A stretch of DNA of 64,000 nucleotides, from positions 15,263 to 79,262 of the forward strand of contig CAZPMU010000006.1 in NCBI GenBank assembly GCA_964587795.1, in the 5' to 3' direction. The notes below the pieces were generated by a model. The model searched no databases and was not told the origin of the DNA. It was given only the letters and a program-made list of their open reading frames with translations. The stretch comes from an uncultured Dehalococcoidia bacterium (GTDB lineage Bacteria > Chloroflexota > Dehalococcoidia > Lucifugimonadales > UBA3495). Numbering within the stretch: the stretch's first letter is position 1; every line of letters begins with the position of its first letter. A program made the translations under genes and the position numbers. Of the stretch, positions 8,553 through 17,451 are shown piece after piece.

Positions 8553-8876
8553 ATGGACAGGGAGCGGGAAGATTACTACATTGACTTTGCGGCCGAAAAC
8601 CCGGAATTGCTCTGTTCCGAGGCCCCCGATGAGATCCTCGAGGCCTGCGCCGCCGAGGCCGAACCCACCGCGTTTATGGAGGAGTTCCTGGGCACAGGCC
8701 ACTCCCAGTGGATTCTTTTAACCTACGGGCGACGGCTGCCCCAGGGTATGATCAATAACAACGTCCTGCAACTGTGGATACGGGCCTGCCGCCTTTACAC
8801 CCGTAGGCTGATGAATGAACCCGACCCCGACTGGGACAAGCCCTTCTTTTCGATAGAGGATATGACAGTAGTGTGA
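8553..8876 (+). CDS. Hypothetical protein (107 aa)
   Basis: ORF only. Acidic N-terminus and no recognisable motif. Confidence 0.4.
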   Translation: MDREREDYYIDFAAENPELLCSEAPDEILEACAAEAEPTAFMEEFLGTGHSQWILLTYGRRLPQGMINNNVLQLWIRACRLYTRRLMNEPDPDWDKPFFSIEDMTVV

Positions 8877-9461
8877 TGGCTATCAAATATGGTACGGGTA
8901 AGCGTTAGAGGCTTCCTGTTAACGTTTTCGGACTGCCCAGGCGGTGGTTCCGTGAATTCCTTTCCTTGTCGCAGGAATTCCTCCCGGCCCTGGTTCTACA
9001 CCTGCCATTCTTACCTTTAATCTCCTCGTACCTTGGCAAACCCGAGTTTCAAATATCTTTCAGCCCGCATGGCCCCCCTCCACCAAATAGTAGGCGGAAA
9101 TTATAAGCCACGGGATAAGGCCCGAGGCCTCTTTCAGCGCAGCCAGTGCCGAATCAATTATGTGCTCGTCGAGTATGGCGGTTGTAAAACCACGCCAAAG
9201 GTGAAGTCCTGCTACCTGCACGAATTACCTGCACGAAGAGCGCCGCGAAGGTTACGTAATACCGCGTCAGGGAAAGCTGCCGGACATTCCGGATGCTCTC
9301 CCTGGGGTTTTACCTGTCCTTCATAGTCACCGACACACCCTTATGTGGTGGCTGGAAGACGGAGAGTCCTTCAACCACTGAGTAGGAATACTCTAGCCGG
9401 CGCCTCATACAACTGCTTCCCCCAACTGTCAGTAGTTATCCGAGGTATTCGTCAATTGCGG

Positions 9462-9686
9462 TCAGCCGTCCTGGCACCTCAGGCAAACGTACACGGCCCG
9501 GTCCACCGGCAAGGTATCCACGGGCACATTCCGCCGCCGCTGGCAGACCGAACAGGTTACCGACTCCAGCGCTGGCGGTGGCGGGTCAGGGCTTGCCACC
9601 ACCGTTTCGGAGCCCCTGAACCCCACGTAGTCGGGGTTCTGCTCCTTCCTTAGCTGGTATCTTTCCCGGTCTTTGCGGCGGCTCAT
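9462..9686 (-). CDS. Hypothetical small protein with CxxC...CxxC zinc-ribbon-like motif
   Basis: A GGGAGGA RBS lies upstream of the ATG at 9686. The product contains CSVCQRR...VCLRCQ. It sits immediately downstream of rplL. Confidence 0.45.
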   Translation of the reverse strand: MSRRKDRERYQLRKEQNPDYVGFRGSETVVASPDPPPPALESVTCSVCQRRRNVPVDTLPVDRAVYVCLRCQDG

Positions 9687-9757
9687 GGCGTCCTCCCTTG
9701 CGGCGGGCCGGGCCGGGTTAAGCTGTGCTCAATATAACCGGACTGAAGGTTTGGCCG

Positions 9758-10150
9758 TTATTTAACCTCGGCTACGGCACCCGCCTCTTCAAGCTTGGCC
9801 TTGATACCGTCGGCCTCGTCCTTGGCCACTGCTTCCTTGACCCGGGCAGGGGCAGACTCCACCAGCTCTTTGGCTTCGCGCAGGCCCAGCGCCGTAACTT
9901 CCCGCACGGCCTTAATGACGTTGATCTTATTGGGGCCGATCTCCTGCAGGGTAACGTCGAACTCGGTCTGCTCCTCGTCCGCAGCGGCAGCCATAGCGCC
10001 ACTGCCATCACCGGCAGCGGGAGCCGCAGCAACGGCCACGGGCGCGGCCGCGGTAATTCCGAACTCTTCCTCCAGGGCCTTAACCAGGTCGGCCAATTCC
10101 AGCACGCTCATGCTTTTGATAGTTTCCAGCAGTTCTTCTTTAGTAGCCAT
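9758..10150 (-). CDS. rplL: 50S ribosomal protein L7/L12
   Basis: [31 protein letters not shown]..., an Ala-rich hinge, and C-terminal KEAKELVE...KAKLEEAGA. Confidence 0.97.
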   Translation of the reverse strand: MATKEELLETIKSMSVLELADLVKALEEEFGITAAAPVAVAAAPAAGDGSGAMAAAADEEQTEFDVTLQEIGPNKINVIKAVREVTALGLREAKELVESAPARVKEAVAKDEADGIKAKLEEAGAVAEVK

Positions 10151-10263
10151 GGGGCCTCCTTTTTGCCTCTTCTAATATATCGAACAACGTCTACTTTGAT
10201 TGCCGTAGTTTCCGCTTGCCTCTCGGAGGGACGCGCGGGTACCTATGTTTAGGAGTTTAGCCG

Positions 10264-10803
10264 TTACGCCGCCTCTCCACCCTCTTCCAGCTGGTTGATT
10301 CGGGCTTGCAGCAGTCCGCCCAGGTTCTGCAGCGGACCGTTGAGCACACCAAGCAGCCTGGAAATGGGAGACTGCATCTGGCCCAGCAAGTTAGCGACCA
10401 TCTGCGGCTTGGGGGGAAGGGTGGCCAGTCGCTCCACTTCGTTCGGTTGCAGCGCGGGACCGGCCCCCAGGATAGCTCCGTGGATGGCCAGCGGAGACCT
10501 GGTGGCGCGAATATAGTCATTGACCGCCTTGGCAGTGTCCACCGGGTCGTCGTAGCCGAAGGCGATGGCCGTGGGGCCCTCGACGATTTCGCTGAAGTGG
10601 GGCACGTTGGCTTCCTGGGCGGCCAGGTTAACCAGCGTGTTTTTGACCACGATAAACTCCACCCCGGCTTCTTTCATCCGGCGCCGCAGGTCGGTCATAT
10701 CGTTTACTGGAATACCGGAATAGCCAGCGGTCAGGGCAATGGAACAGCTTTCCATTTTCTCCTTCAGTTCGGCGACCCGGTCTATTTTGGCCTGTGTGGG
10801 CAA
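10264..10803 (-). CDS. rplJ: 50S ribosomal protein L10
   Basis: L10 pattern: K...V.ELKEK......ALTAGYSGIPVNDMTDLRRRM. I prefer the TTG at 10803 because GGGAGGTGA precedes it by about 7 nt. The tracked ORF start at 10818 would place that RBS inside the coding sequence. Confidence 0.93.
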   Translation of the reverse strand: MPTQAKIDRVAELKEKMESCSIALTAGYSGIPVNDMTDLRRRMKEAGVEFIVVKNTLVNLAAQEANVPHFSEIVEGPTAIAFGYDDPVDTAKAVNDYIRATRSPLAIHGAILGAGPALQPNEVERLATLPPKPQMVANLLGQMQSPISRLLGVLNGPLQNLGGLLQARINQLEEGGEAA

Positions 10804-10820
10804 ATGCTCACCTCCCAATG

Positions 10821-10853
10821 AAAAATTCCCTGCGTCTGCAGACCGGACGCAGG
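10821..10853 (-). terminator. Terminator/attenuator-like hairpin in the rplJ leader
   Basis: On the minus strand: CCCTGCGTCcggtctgcaGACGCAGGG followed by aattttt. It lies about 20 nt upstream of the rplJ RBS. Confidence 0.5.
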
Positions 10854-11055
10854 GAAACTCGGCAAATTATGTCGAAGAACCCGGTTCATGCGCCTCGGCA
10901 GGCGGCCCGTCTCTTTGGGCCCTTGGCTCCCCCTGGGGAGACCGGCGGTCTACAGCGGTATTGGGTTATTTTCTTGAATATTGATCCTGTACCTGAATAC
11001 CATCCTATAAGTTCCTGTGGAACACCTACAGATTACCACTAATCTACCGGAAAAG

Positions 11056-11769
11056 CTACTCGGGTCGCAGGGCCTGCAGAGCGTTCAGGTCCAAAGAAAT
11101 GCTCGGCCCCATGGACGACGTAACGTAGGCCGAGCGCAGGAAGGAACCTTTCACCGCCGCCGGACGCGCCCTAACGATGGAGTCTATCAGCACCGCCAGG
11201 TTCTCCTGCAGCCGGTCGGTATCGAAGCTGGCCTTGCCGAACGCGCAATGTATGATCGCCGTACGGTCGGTCCGGTATTCCACGCGACCCGCCTTGGACT
11301 CTTCGATAACCCGGCCCAGGTCCCGTGGCTGAACCATGGTCCCCGTCCTGGGGTTGGGCATCAATCCCCGACGACCCAGAATCCGGCCCAGCTTACCAAT
11401 TTTGGGCATAATCTCCGGGGTAGCCAACCCCACCTCGAAGTCCAGCCAGCCGCCCTCTATCTGGGCAATCAGGTCGTCATCGCCCACGTAATCGGCTCCG
11501 GCCTGCCGGGCAATGTCGGCTCCCTCTCCGCTGGTGAAAACCAGCACCCGCACCTGCTTGCCCAGGCCATGGGGCAGCACGGTTACTTCCCGCACCATCT
11601 GGTCCGCATGCCTGGGATCGGCGCTGGTGCGGACGTGAATCTCCATGGTCTCGTCAAACTTGGTGCTGGCCAGTTCCTTCATAAGCTCTATGGCTTCTCG
11701 GGGGTGGTACAGCTTGTCCGCATCCACCCGTTCCGCAACGGCCGCGTATCTTCTGCTGTGCTTGGGCAT
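11056..11769 (-). CDS. rplA: 50S ribosomal protein L1
   Basis: Full-length L1-like sequence (FDETMEIHVRT...VLPHGLGK...). Confidence 0.97.
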   Translation of the reverse strand: MPKHSRRYAAVAERVDADKLYHPREAIELMKELASTKFDETMEIHVRTSADPRHADQMVREVTVLPHGLGKQVRVLVFTSGEGADIARQAGADYVGDDDLIAQIEGGWLDFEVGLATPEIMPKIGKLGRILGRRGLMPNPRTGTMVQPRDLGRVIEESKAGRVEYRTDRTAIIHCAFGKASFDTDRLQENLAVLIDSIVRARPAAVKGSFLRSAYVTSSMGPSISLDLNALQALRPE

Positions 11770-11774
11770 AACTG

Positions 11775-12203
11775 TTAGTCCCCTTCCACGCTTATGCCCA
11801 TACTGCGAGCAGTGCCCTCAATGATGGACATAGCCTGTTCTACCGAGTTGGCGTTCAGGTCCTTTAGCTTGGTTTCGGCAATCTCCCGCAGGGCGTCCCG
11901 GCTGATGGTGCCGGCCCTGCCCGAGCGGGTATCGGTGGCTCCCTTCTCCACTCCGGCAGCCCGCCGCAGCAGGTCTGAAGCAGGGGGAGTGCGGGTTACA
12001 AAGGTGAAGGAGCGGTCCTCGAAGACCGTCAAATGTACCGGCACTATGGTGCCAGCCTGGGATGAAGTCCGCTCATTGTACTCTTTAACGAACCCCATAA
12101 TATTAACGCCGTGCTGGCCCAGCGCAGGGCCCACGGGGGGAGCGGGAGTTGCCTTCCCCGCTTCCAGTTGCAGCTTGATAATTGCTCTGACCTTTTTTGC
12201 CAC
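11775..12203 (-). CDS. rplK: 50S ribosomal protein L11
   Basis: MAKKV...[35 protein letters not shown]. Confidence 0.97.
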   Translation of the reverse strand: MAKKVRAIIKLQLEAGKATPAPPVGPALGQHGVNIMGFVKEYNERTSSQAGTIVPVHLTVFEDRSFTFVTRTPPASDLLRRAAGVEKGATDTRSGRAGTISRDALREIAETKLKDLNANSVEQAMSIIEGTARSMGISVEGD

Positions 12204-12218
12204 CGGGGCCTCCTAAAT

Positions 12219-12797
12219 CTATGCGCGTTCCACTTGCAGAAAGTCCAGCTCCACCGGAGTTTCCCGGCCGAAGAAAGAAACCAGCACCCGCACCTTGCCC
12301 TTGCTCTCATCCACGTCGCCCACTGCGCCCACGAAATCAACGAAGGGACCCTCGGTAATGCGCACCGTGTCGCCGTTCTGCAGGCCAATCTTAATACGGG
12401 GCGGCCCAGACTCCGTCTGCTTGAGGATGGAGTCCAGTTGTGAGTCTTCCAGCGGCACTGGCTTGGGCCGCTTGTCGTAATCGTCTTCCGTCGAGATGAA
12501 ACCCGTCACCCCGGGGGTATTGCGCACAACATACCAGCTTTCGTCGTCCATATTCATCTGCACTAGTATGTAGCCGGGGAAAAGCTTGCGCTGCTCCGAC
12601 TTGCGCTTCCCGTCCTTGAAGATTACCTCTTCCTCGGTGGGCACCACCACCTGGAATATGCGGTCCTGCATATCCAGGCTCTGAATCCGCAGGTCCAGGT
12701 TCTTCTTCACCCGGTCTTCCTGGCCGGAGTAGGTATGAACAATGTACCAGTGCTGGTCCTGTTCCTCTTCCATCCGGATATCTCTTTCAGTGGCCAT
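12219..12797 (-). CDS. nusG: Transcription termination/antitermination factor NusG
   Basis: WYIVHTYSGQEDRVKKNL (NGN domain), a C-terminal KOW (GDTVRITEGPFVDFVGAV), and synteny with secE and rplK. Confidence 0.95.
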   Translation of the reverse strand: MATERDIRMEEEQDQHWYIVHTYSGQEDRVKKNLDLRIQSLDMQDRIFQVVVPTEEEVIFKDGKRKSEQRKLFPGYILVQMNMDDESWYVVRNTPGVTGFISTEDDYDKRPKPVPLEDSQLDSILKQTESGPPRIKIGLQNGDTVRITEGPFVDFVGAVGDVDESKGKVRVLVSFFGRETPVELDFLQVERA

Positions 12798-12939
12798 AAG
12801 CAGTCACGCTCACTCCAGGCTTGGGGTTACGGGCTGACGCCATTGACTCTACAAGCCCGCTTGGCTGGCGGGCTTGCTCTGCGACGCTGGCGGGAAGGCG
12901 GAACAGGTTGATAACTGCCTCCGCCCTCCTAGTATATTT

Positions 12940-13200
12940 CTAAAACAGCCGGAACACGGCAAAGATGGCGCGGTTGAACAACTCGGCAAAAACCCGGTCC
13001 AGCCCGCCCAGAAAGAAGCCCACTGCAACCGACAGGGCTATCACTATGGCGGTCAGCCGCGCCGTCTCTTCCTTGCTCGGCCAAACCGACTTGCGAAGTT
13101 CCGAGATGACTTCCTGCAGGAAGAGTATCGGACTCACCCGCCCCACGCTACGGGGCGTTATGGGCGACTGGTTCCTTTGCTGTGTTCCTACCCGCGCCAT
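12940..13200 (-). CDS. secE: Preprotein translocase subunit SecE
   Basis: FLQEVISELRKSVWPSKEE followed by one TM helix. Canonical position between rpmG and nusG. Confidence 0.85.
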   Translation of the reverse strand: MARVGTQQRNQSPITPRSVGRVSPILFLQEVISELRKSVWPSKEETARLTAIVIALSVAVGFFLGGLDRVFAELFNRAIFAVFRLF

Positions 13201-13206
13201 GGCCGA

Positions 13207-13377
13207 CTACCGTACTTCCCGGTGAGTCTTGTGACCCCGGCAGCGGGAGCAATACTTACGCAATTCCATCCGCTGGGTGTCGTTCCGGCGGTTCTTTACC
13301 GTGGCGTAATTCCGCTCACGGCACTCGCCGCACTGGAGGGTAATAACCCCGCGAATATCAGCAGACTTTCGGGCCAT
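13207..13377 (-). CDS. rpmG: 50S ribosomal protein L33
   Basis: Not in the ORF track because it is shorter than 60 aa. My own translation gives [56 protein letters not shown], with the CxxC...CxxC L33 signature. Confidence 0.9.
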   Translation of the reverse strand: MARKSADIRGVITLQCGECRERNYATVKNRRNDTQRMELRKYCSRCRGHKTHREVR

Positions 13378-13423
13378 GATTCACCTTCTCTTCTTGGCCC
13401 GCCGCGACGGGCCAAATTCGCCT

Positions 13424-14608
13424 TTAGTCCAGCAGCCTGGTGATTACGCCGGAACCCACCGTGCGGCCACCCTCGCGAATGGCGAAGCGCTGCCGCTCTT
13501 CCAGGGCTATGGGGGTAATCAGGTTCAGGGTCATGGTGATGTTGTCACCGGGCATGACCATTTCCACGCCCTCGGGCAACGTAATCTCGCCGGTGATGTC
13601 GCTGGTCCGAATGTAGAACTGGGGCTTGTACCCGGAGAAGAAGGGGGTATGGCGGCCACCTTCCTCGCGGCTCAGCACGTAAACCTCAGCCTCGGCCTGC
13701 CGGTGCGGCTGCATGGAACCGGGCTTCACCACCACCTGGCCGCGCTCCACCTCGTCCCGGTCCACGCCGCGCAGCAGAATACCCACGGCGTCACCGGCTT
13801 CGGTAGTATCCAGCAGCTTGTGGAACATCTCCAGGCCGGTGGCAACAGTCTGGCGCACGTCGCCGGAGCGGATAATCTCAATCTGTTCACCCTGCTTCAA
13901 GGTACCGCGCTCCACACGGCCGGTAACCACGGTGCCACGGCCCTTGATGCCGAACACATCCTCGATGGGCATCAGGAAGGGACGGTCGGTCAGGCGCTCG
14001 GGGACGGGAATGTATTCGTCCATGGCCTTAACCAGTTCGGCCACACCTTCCATGGCCGCCGGTTCGCCTTCCAGGGCGTTAAGGGCGCTGACCCGCACGA
14101 TGGGCGTGTCGTCGCCGGGGAAGTCATAGGTACTGAGCAGCTCGCGGACTTCCAACTCCACCAGCTCCAGCAACTCCTCGTCGTCCATCATGTCGACCTT
14201 GTTCAGGGCGACCAGGATGCGGGGCACTTCCACCTGGCGGGCCAGGAGAATGTGCTCCCGGGTCTGGGGCATGGGGCCGTCCGGAGCGCTTACCACCAGG
14301 ACCGCGCCGTCCATCTGCGCGGCGCCGGTGATCATGTTCTTGATGTAGTCAGCGTGGCCAGGGCAGTCCACGTGAGCATAGTGCCGTGTGTCGCTCTCGT
14401 ATTCCACGTGGGCGATGGCGATAGTTACGCCGCGCTCCCGCTCTTCCGGCGCGTTGTCAATGCTGCCGAAGTCCCGGAAGTTAGCCATACCCTTCTCCGC
14501 CATCACCCGCGTGATCGCAGCGGTAAGGGTGGTCTTGCCGTGGTCAACGTGACCGATGGTGCCCACATTTACGTGGGGCTTGGAACGATCGAACTGCTGC
14601 TTGGCCAT
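13424..14608 (-). CDS. tuf: Elongation factor Tu
   Basis: [22 protein letters not shown] and full-length EF-Tu similarity. Confidence 0.99.
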   Translation of the reverse strand: MAKQQFDRSKPHVNVGTIGHVDHGKTTLTAAITRVMAEKGMANFRDFGSIDNAPEERERGVTIAIAHVEYESDTRHYAHVDCPGHADYIKNMITGAAQMDGAVLVVSAPDGPMPQTREHILLARQVEVPRILVALNKVDMMDDEELLELVELEVRELLSTYDFPGDDTPIVRVSALNALEGEPAAMEGVAELVKAMDEYIPVPERLTDRPFLMPIEDVFGIKGRGTVVTGRVERGTLKQGEQIEIIRSGDVRQTVATGLEMFHKLLDTTEAGDAVGILLRGVDRDEVERGQVVVKPGSMQPHRQAEAEVYVLSREEGGRHTPFFSGYKPQFYIRTSDITGEITLPEGVEMVMPGDNITMTLNLITPIALEERQRFAIREGGRTVGSGVITRLLD

Positions 14609-14645
14609 CTCTTGTCCTACTCTCCTGCTTTTCCTTTGGAGGTGA

Positions 14646-14720
14646 TGGAGCCCAGAGGCGGGATTGAACCGCCGACCCCGTTCTTACCAAGAACGTGCTC
14701 TACCGCTGAGCTATCTGGGC
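14646..14720 (-). tRNA. tRNA-Thr (anticodon GGU), CCA encoded
   Basis: Manual fold: acceptor GCCCAGA/TCTGGGC, D arm GCTC/GAGC, anticodon stem CGTTC/GAACG with loop TTGGTAA, T arm GGCGG-TTCAATC-CCGCC. Confidence 0.9.
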
Positions 14721-14774
14721 CCGTTACCCCAAACGTAGTATGAATTTGTTTTGGTTCTATTTTACCAAATTGGG

Positions 14775-14862
14775 TGGTGGAGGGGGCAGGATTCGAACCT
14801 GCGAAGTCCTTCCGGACGCCAGATTTACAGTCTGGTGGCTTTAACCACTCACCCACCCCTCC
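14775..14862 (-). tRNA. tRNA-Tyr (anticodon GUA), long variable arm, CCA encoded
   Basis: Anticodon stem-loop CCAGA-CTGTAAA-TCTGG, long variable arm, T arm GCAGG-TTCGAAT-CCTGC, acceptor GGAGGGG/CCCCTCC. Confidence 0.9.
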
Positions 14863-14935
14863 ATGCCGGCGGCCGCTCCCCGCTGGGAAGCATGGCCTGC
14901 GCATTGCCGGTGCAATTAGGTAAGGAAAGTTTTCA

Positions 14936-15011
14936 TGGAGCCCCAGAGGGGACTCGAACCCCTAACCTGCCGATTACAAGTCGGCTGCGCTTCCAATTGC
15001 GCCACAGGGGC
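14936..15011 (-). tRNA. tRNA-Thr (anticodon UGU), CCA encoded
   Basis: Anticodon stem-loop GCCGA-CTTGTAA-TCGGC, D arm GCGC/GCGC, T arm AGGGG-TTCGAGT-CCCCT. There is one U:U mismatch in the acceptor stem. Confidence 0.85.
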
Positions 15012-15031
15012 ACAAGCGACTTCCAGACCAG

Positions 15032-15056
15032 AAAAAGGCCCCGCTACTTCGGGGCC
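15032..15056 (-). terminator. Terminator-like hairpin between the candidate promoter and the first tRNA
   Basis: Minus strand: GGCCCCGaagtagCGGGGCC followed by TTTTT. Confidence 0.4.
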
Positions 15057-15085
15057 ATTCAGCCAGCCTGCTTGATACTCACGTG

Positions 15086-15115
15086 ATTATATAGATGGGC
15101 GGGGGAAGTTGTCAA
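15086..15115 (-). promoter_or_regulatory. Consensus sigma70-like promoter candidate for the tRNA-tuf operon
   Basis: Minus strand: TTGACA (15115-15110), an 18-nt spacer, then TATAAT (15091-15086). Confidence 0.45.
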
Positions 15116-15529
15116 TCAAATTCCTTCCCTGTAACTGCTCAGAAATACAGGGCAGGAGCAGCCCCAGGTTCGTCATTCCCGCAAATGCGGGAATGACGAC
15201 CTCCCAAAATCGACCTTCCCGACTTTGGAGACCTTTGGGTAAACTTCATTCGGGCCCCCAAGCCGGAATCCAGAATGGCCAGGGGCAGGTACGGTTTCAA
15301 GCCTCATATTGCCCTTAATCGGCTCTTTTACCGTGCTACACATAGGTCCGCCTTCGCAGGAACGACCGATTGGGGGAAACCTGTTCCCCTTGAATCTGAA
15401 ATGTTACCCCCAAACCTTGACGCTCGCCACGGGTTATTCTACACTTCATTCGGCCTGTCCCCGCCTGTCTGCAGCGCCCGATTTGCGGGGGAAAAGCCTT
15501 TTCAATTCCAGTTGCCGAGTCACCACTTT

Positions 15530-16042
15530 ATGAATCTGAAGGACTACATCCGCGACATTCCCGATTTTCCCCAGCCAGGGATATTATTCCGCGATATCAC
15601 CCCTCTACTCCGAGACCCCGACGCCTTTAGTCACACGGTAGATCTCCTGGCCGATCGTAGCCGGGACTACGATATTGACGCCATAGTGGCCATCGAGTCC
15701 CGTGGCTTTATCTTTGGCGCTCCCCTGGCTTGCCGTTTGGGCAAACCCCTGGTCCCGGTCCGCAAGGAAGGAAAGCTGCCCGGCGACACCGTTTCCGCCG
15801 AGTATTTCCTTGAGTACGGTTCCAGCCGGGTGGAAATGCACCTGGGAGACGTGGGGCCGGGAGACCAGGTGATGATCATAGACGACCTTATTGCCACCGG
15901 AGGCACCCTGGCCGCCGCCGCTCACCTGGTGGAAGCCTGCGAGGCCGAGGTCGCTGCCATGGGGCTGGTCATTGAACTGGAAGACCTGGGAGGGCGAAAT
16001 ACCCTGGGCGCCTACGACATATTTTCCCTGATCCAATACTAG
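15530..16042 (+). CDS. apt: Adenine phosphoribosyltransferase
   Basis: From the ATG at 15530: MNLKDYIRDIPDFPQPGILFRDITPLL, plus the PRPP motif VMIIDDLIATGGT. The upstream part of the tracked ORF (15275-15529) runs through REP-like repeats and is not Apt-like. Confidence 0.93.
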   Translation: MNLKDYIRDIPDFPQPGILFRDITPLLRDPDAFSHTVDLLADRSRDYDIDAIVAIESRGFIFGAPLACRLGKPLVPVRKEGKLPGDTVSAEYFLEYGSSRVEMHLGDVGPGDQVMIIDDLIATGGTLAAAAHLVEACEAEVAAMGLVIELEDLGGRNTLGAYDIFSLIQY

Positions 16043-16154
16043 GCAATAAGGCTGCCCAGGCCAGCTTCGCCCGAACGCGCCGGCTGGGACGCCAATTCTA
16101 CCCAGGCATCTTACGAACCAATCACAGCTTACGCTTACAGGGAGGAAAAGATTC

Positions 16155-17027
16155 ATGGCAGACAAGACTACTGTCGGTAGTTACGAAATCACCGCCGTTA
16201 TAGACATGGTTCCGCCGCCCAGGCCCACTTCCGCCATGTTCCCCGACGTGCCAGACAGCGCCTGGGCCGACTATCAGAACGTACTGGAAGACGGCCAGCT
16301 TCAACTCTACTACGGCGTCTTCGTGGTGCGCTCCGAGAACCACACCGTACTGGTGGACACCGGCATGGGACCCGGCCCTCATCCTTCCCGTGGCAACGCG
16401 GTAGGCAACCTGTACGAGGAACTCAGGCCCGTAATGCTGCCGCCCAACGTGGACATTCACAACACCAACGTCTCCCCGTCCGACCAGGTCAACTACGTCA
16501 TTCACACCCACCTGCACGCCGACCACGTGGGCTGGAACCTGCGCTATTCCGGTGGTATGCCGGCGCCCAACTTCCGCCGCGCCCGCTACATAATCCCCAA
16601 GGACGACTACGACTATTACTCCCAGCCGGAAATCCTGGAGCAGAACCCCCACGTGCAGCAGCAGATAATGCCCCTGCGACGCCTGCGCCTGCAGCAGATT
16701 GTGGAAGGTGAGTACGAGGTAACCGACGGCATCTCCACCATGCCGGCCGTGGGCCACACTCCAGGGCACCAGGTGGTTCTGGTCAACTCCGGCGGCGAAA
16801 AAGCCATGCTGGTAGGCGACCTTCTCCACTGCATCGCCCAGGTCTCCGAGCCCAGTTGGTGCGCCTCCGTGGACTACGACAAGGCAGCCAGCCAGGCCAA
16901 CCGCGAAGCCCTGCTGGACAGGGCCGAGAGCGAGGGCTGGATTGTCTGCGCCGGCCACTTCCCCCCGGGCCAGCAGATCGGCCGCGTGGCAACCGAAGGC
17001 GGCAAGCGCGTCTGGCAGTCATTGTAA
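16155..17027 (+). CDS. MBL-fold metallo-hydrolase (lactonase-like)
   Basis: HTHLHADHVGWN metal motif, and later HTPGH. Confidence 0.8.
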   Translation: MADKTTVGSYEITAVIDMVPPPRPTSAMFPDVPDSAWADYQNVLEDGQLQLYYGVFVVRSENHTVLVDTGMGPGPHPSRGNAVGNLYEELRPVMLPPNVDIHNTNVSPSDQVNYVIHTHLHADHVGWNLRYSGGMPAPNFRRARYIIPKDDYDYYSQPEILEQNPHVQQQIMPLRRLRLQQIVEGEYEVTDGISTMPAVGHTPGHQVVLVNSGGEKAMLVGDLLHCIAQVSEPSWCASVDYDKAASQANREALLDRAESEGWIVCAGHFPPGQQIGRVATEGGKRVWQSL

Positions 17028-17059
17028 ACGGGGCTTGCTTCAATTAGCTGTCTCAAAAG

Positions 17060-17100
17060 CTCCTTCCCCCTTGACGGGGAATGTAAGGATGGGAGTGAAA
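17060..17100 (+). repeat. REP-like hairpin-plus-tail repeat, family 5 copy 1
   Basis: CTCCTTCCCCCTTGACGGGGAATGTAAGGATGGGAGTGAAA. A cognate copy lies at 18264-18305 in the same orientation. Confidence 0.55.
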
Positions 17101-17451
17101 GCCCATTCGGCCCAAAAGCCGAAAGCGCTCAAGAGTTTCACCGAGAGTTTTGAGATAGTCTTTAACCCGAATCTTACCGGGGCGCGCGATAGTAATGCGC
17201 GTCCCGGTCTGCGGTTTTCCCAGCAGCAAACCCACTTTCACTCCCTCGTATGCCTTCCTGGAAGGTTTCCGTTACTTCACCGCTTGTCTAACCCCGGTTC
17301 CTTTGCTACAATCGCCGCGTTAAGCCCGACGCAATCAGGTAGGTATGTTGTAGCTGATACGGCGGCTGACCGCCAAGGCAGGCGCCGGCTTCCGGCAAAC
17401 CGCCAGGGCAATCGGAGAATGGCTAAAAATGTGACAGGAGGAGGGAGCATT

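Noticed and set aside
9033-9326. 97-aa ORF in the AT-rich gap. The 102-aa ORF at 9345-9653 was considered with it.
   Set aside because: There is no RBS. The composition is Arg/Cys/Pro-biased, and the second ORF overlaps the better-supported zinc-ribbon ORF on the other strand. No motif is present.
13376-14743. 455-aa ORF antisense to tuf
   Set aside because: This is a shadow ORF of a high-GC gene. Its product is low-complexity and rich in Gly/Ala/His/Val, and EF-Tu on the other strand fully explains the region.
14863-14935. Expected a fourth tRNA (Gly) in the 73-nt spacer, by analogy with thrU-tyrU-glyT-thrT-tufB operons
   Set aside because: I could not fold a cloverleaf on either strand. 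There is no T-loop GTTCRANYC motif and no matching acceptor stems.
15275-15529. 85-codon N-terminal extension of apt
   Set aside because: Apt similarity begins at the ATG at 15530 (MNLKDYIRDIPDFP). The upstream part crosses hairpin repeats.
17053-17241. 62-aa minus-strand ORF (MKVGLLLGKPQTGTRITIARPGKIRV...) in the spacer upstream of the DLH gene
   Set aside because: It starts and ends inside the GGGAGTGAAAG inverted-repeat copies, has no RBS, and has no family I can name. It is likely a repeat-generated ORF.
16942-17451. 170-codon N-terminal extension of the dienelactone hydrolase ORF
   Set aside because: The extension runs through REP-like repeats and has no protein-like composition. A strong AGGAGGAGGG RBS precedes the ATG at 17452, where family similarity begins.
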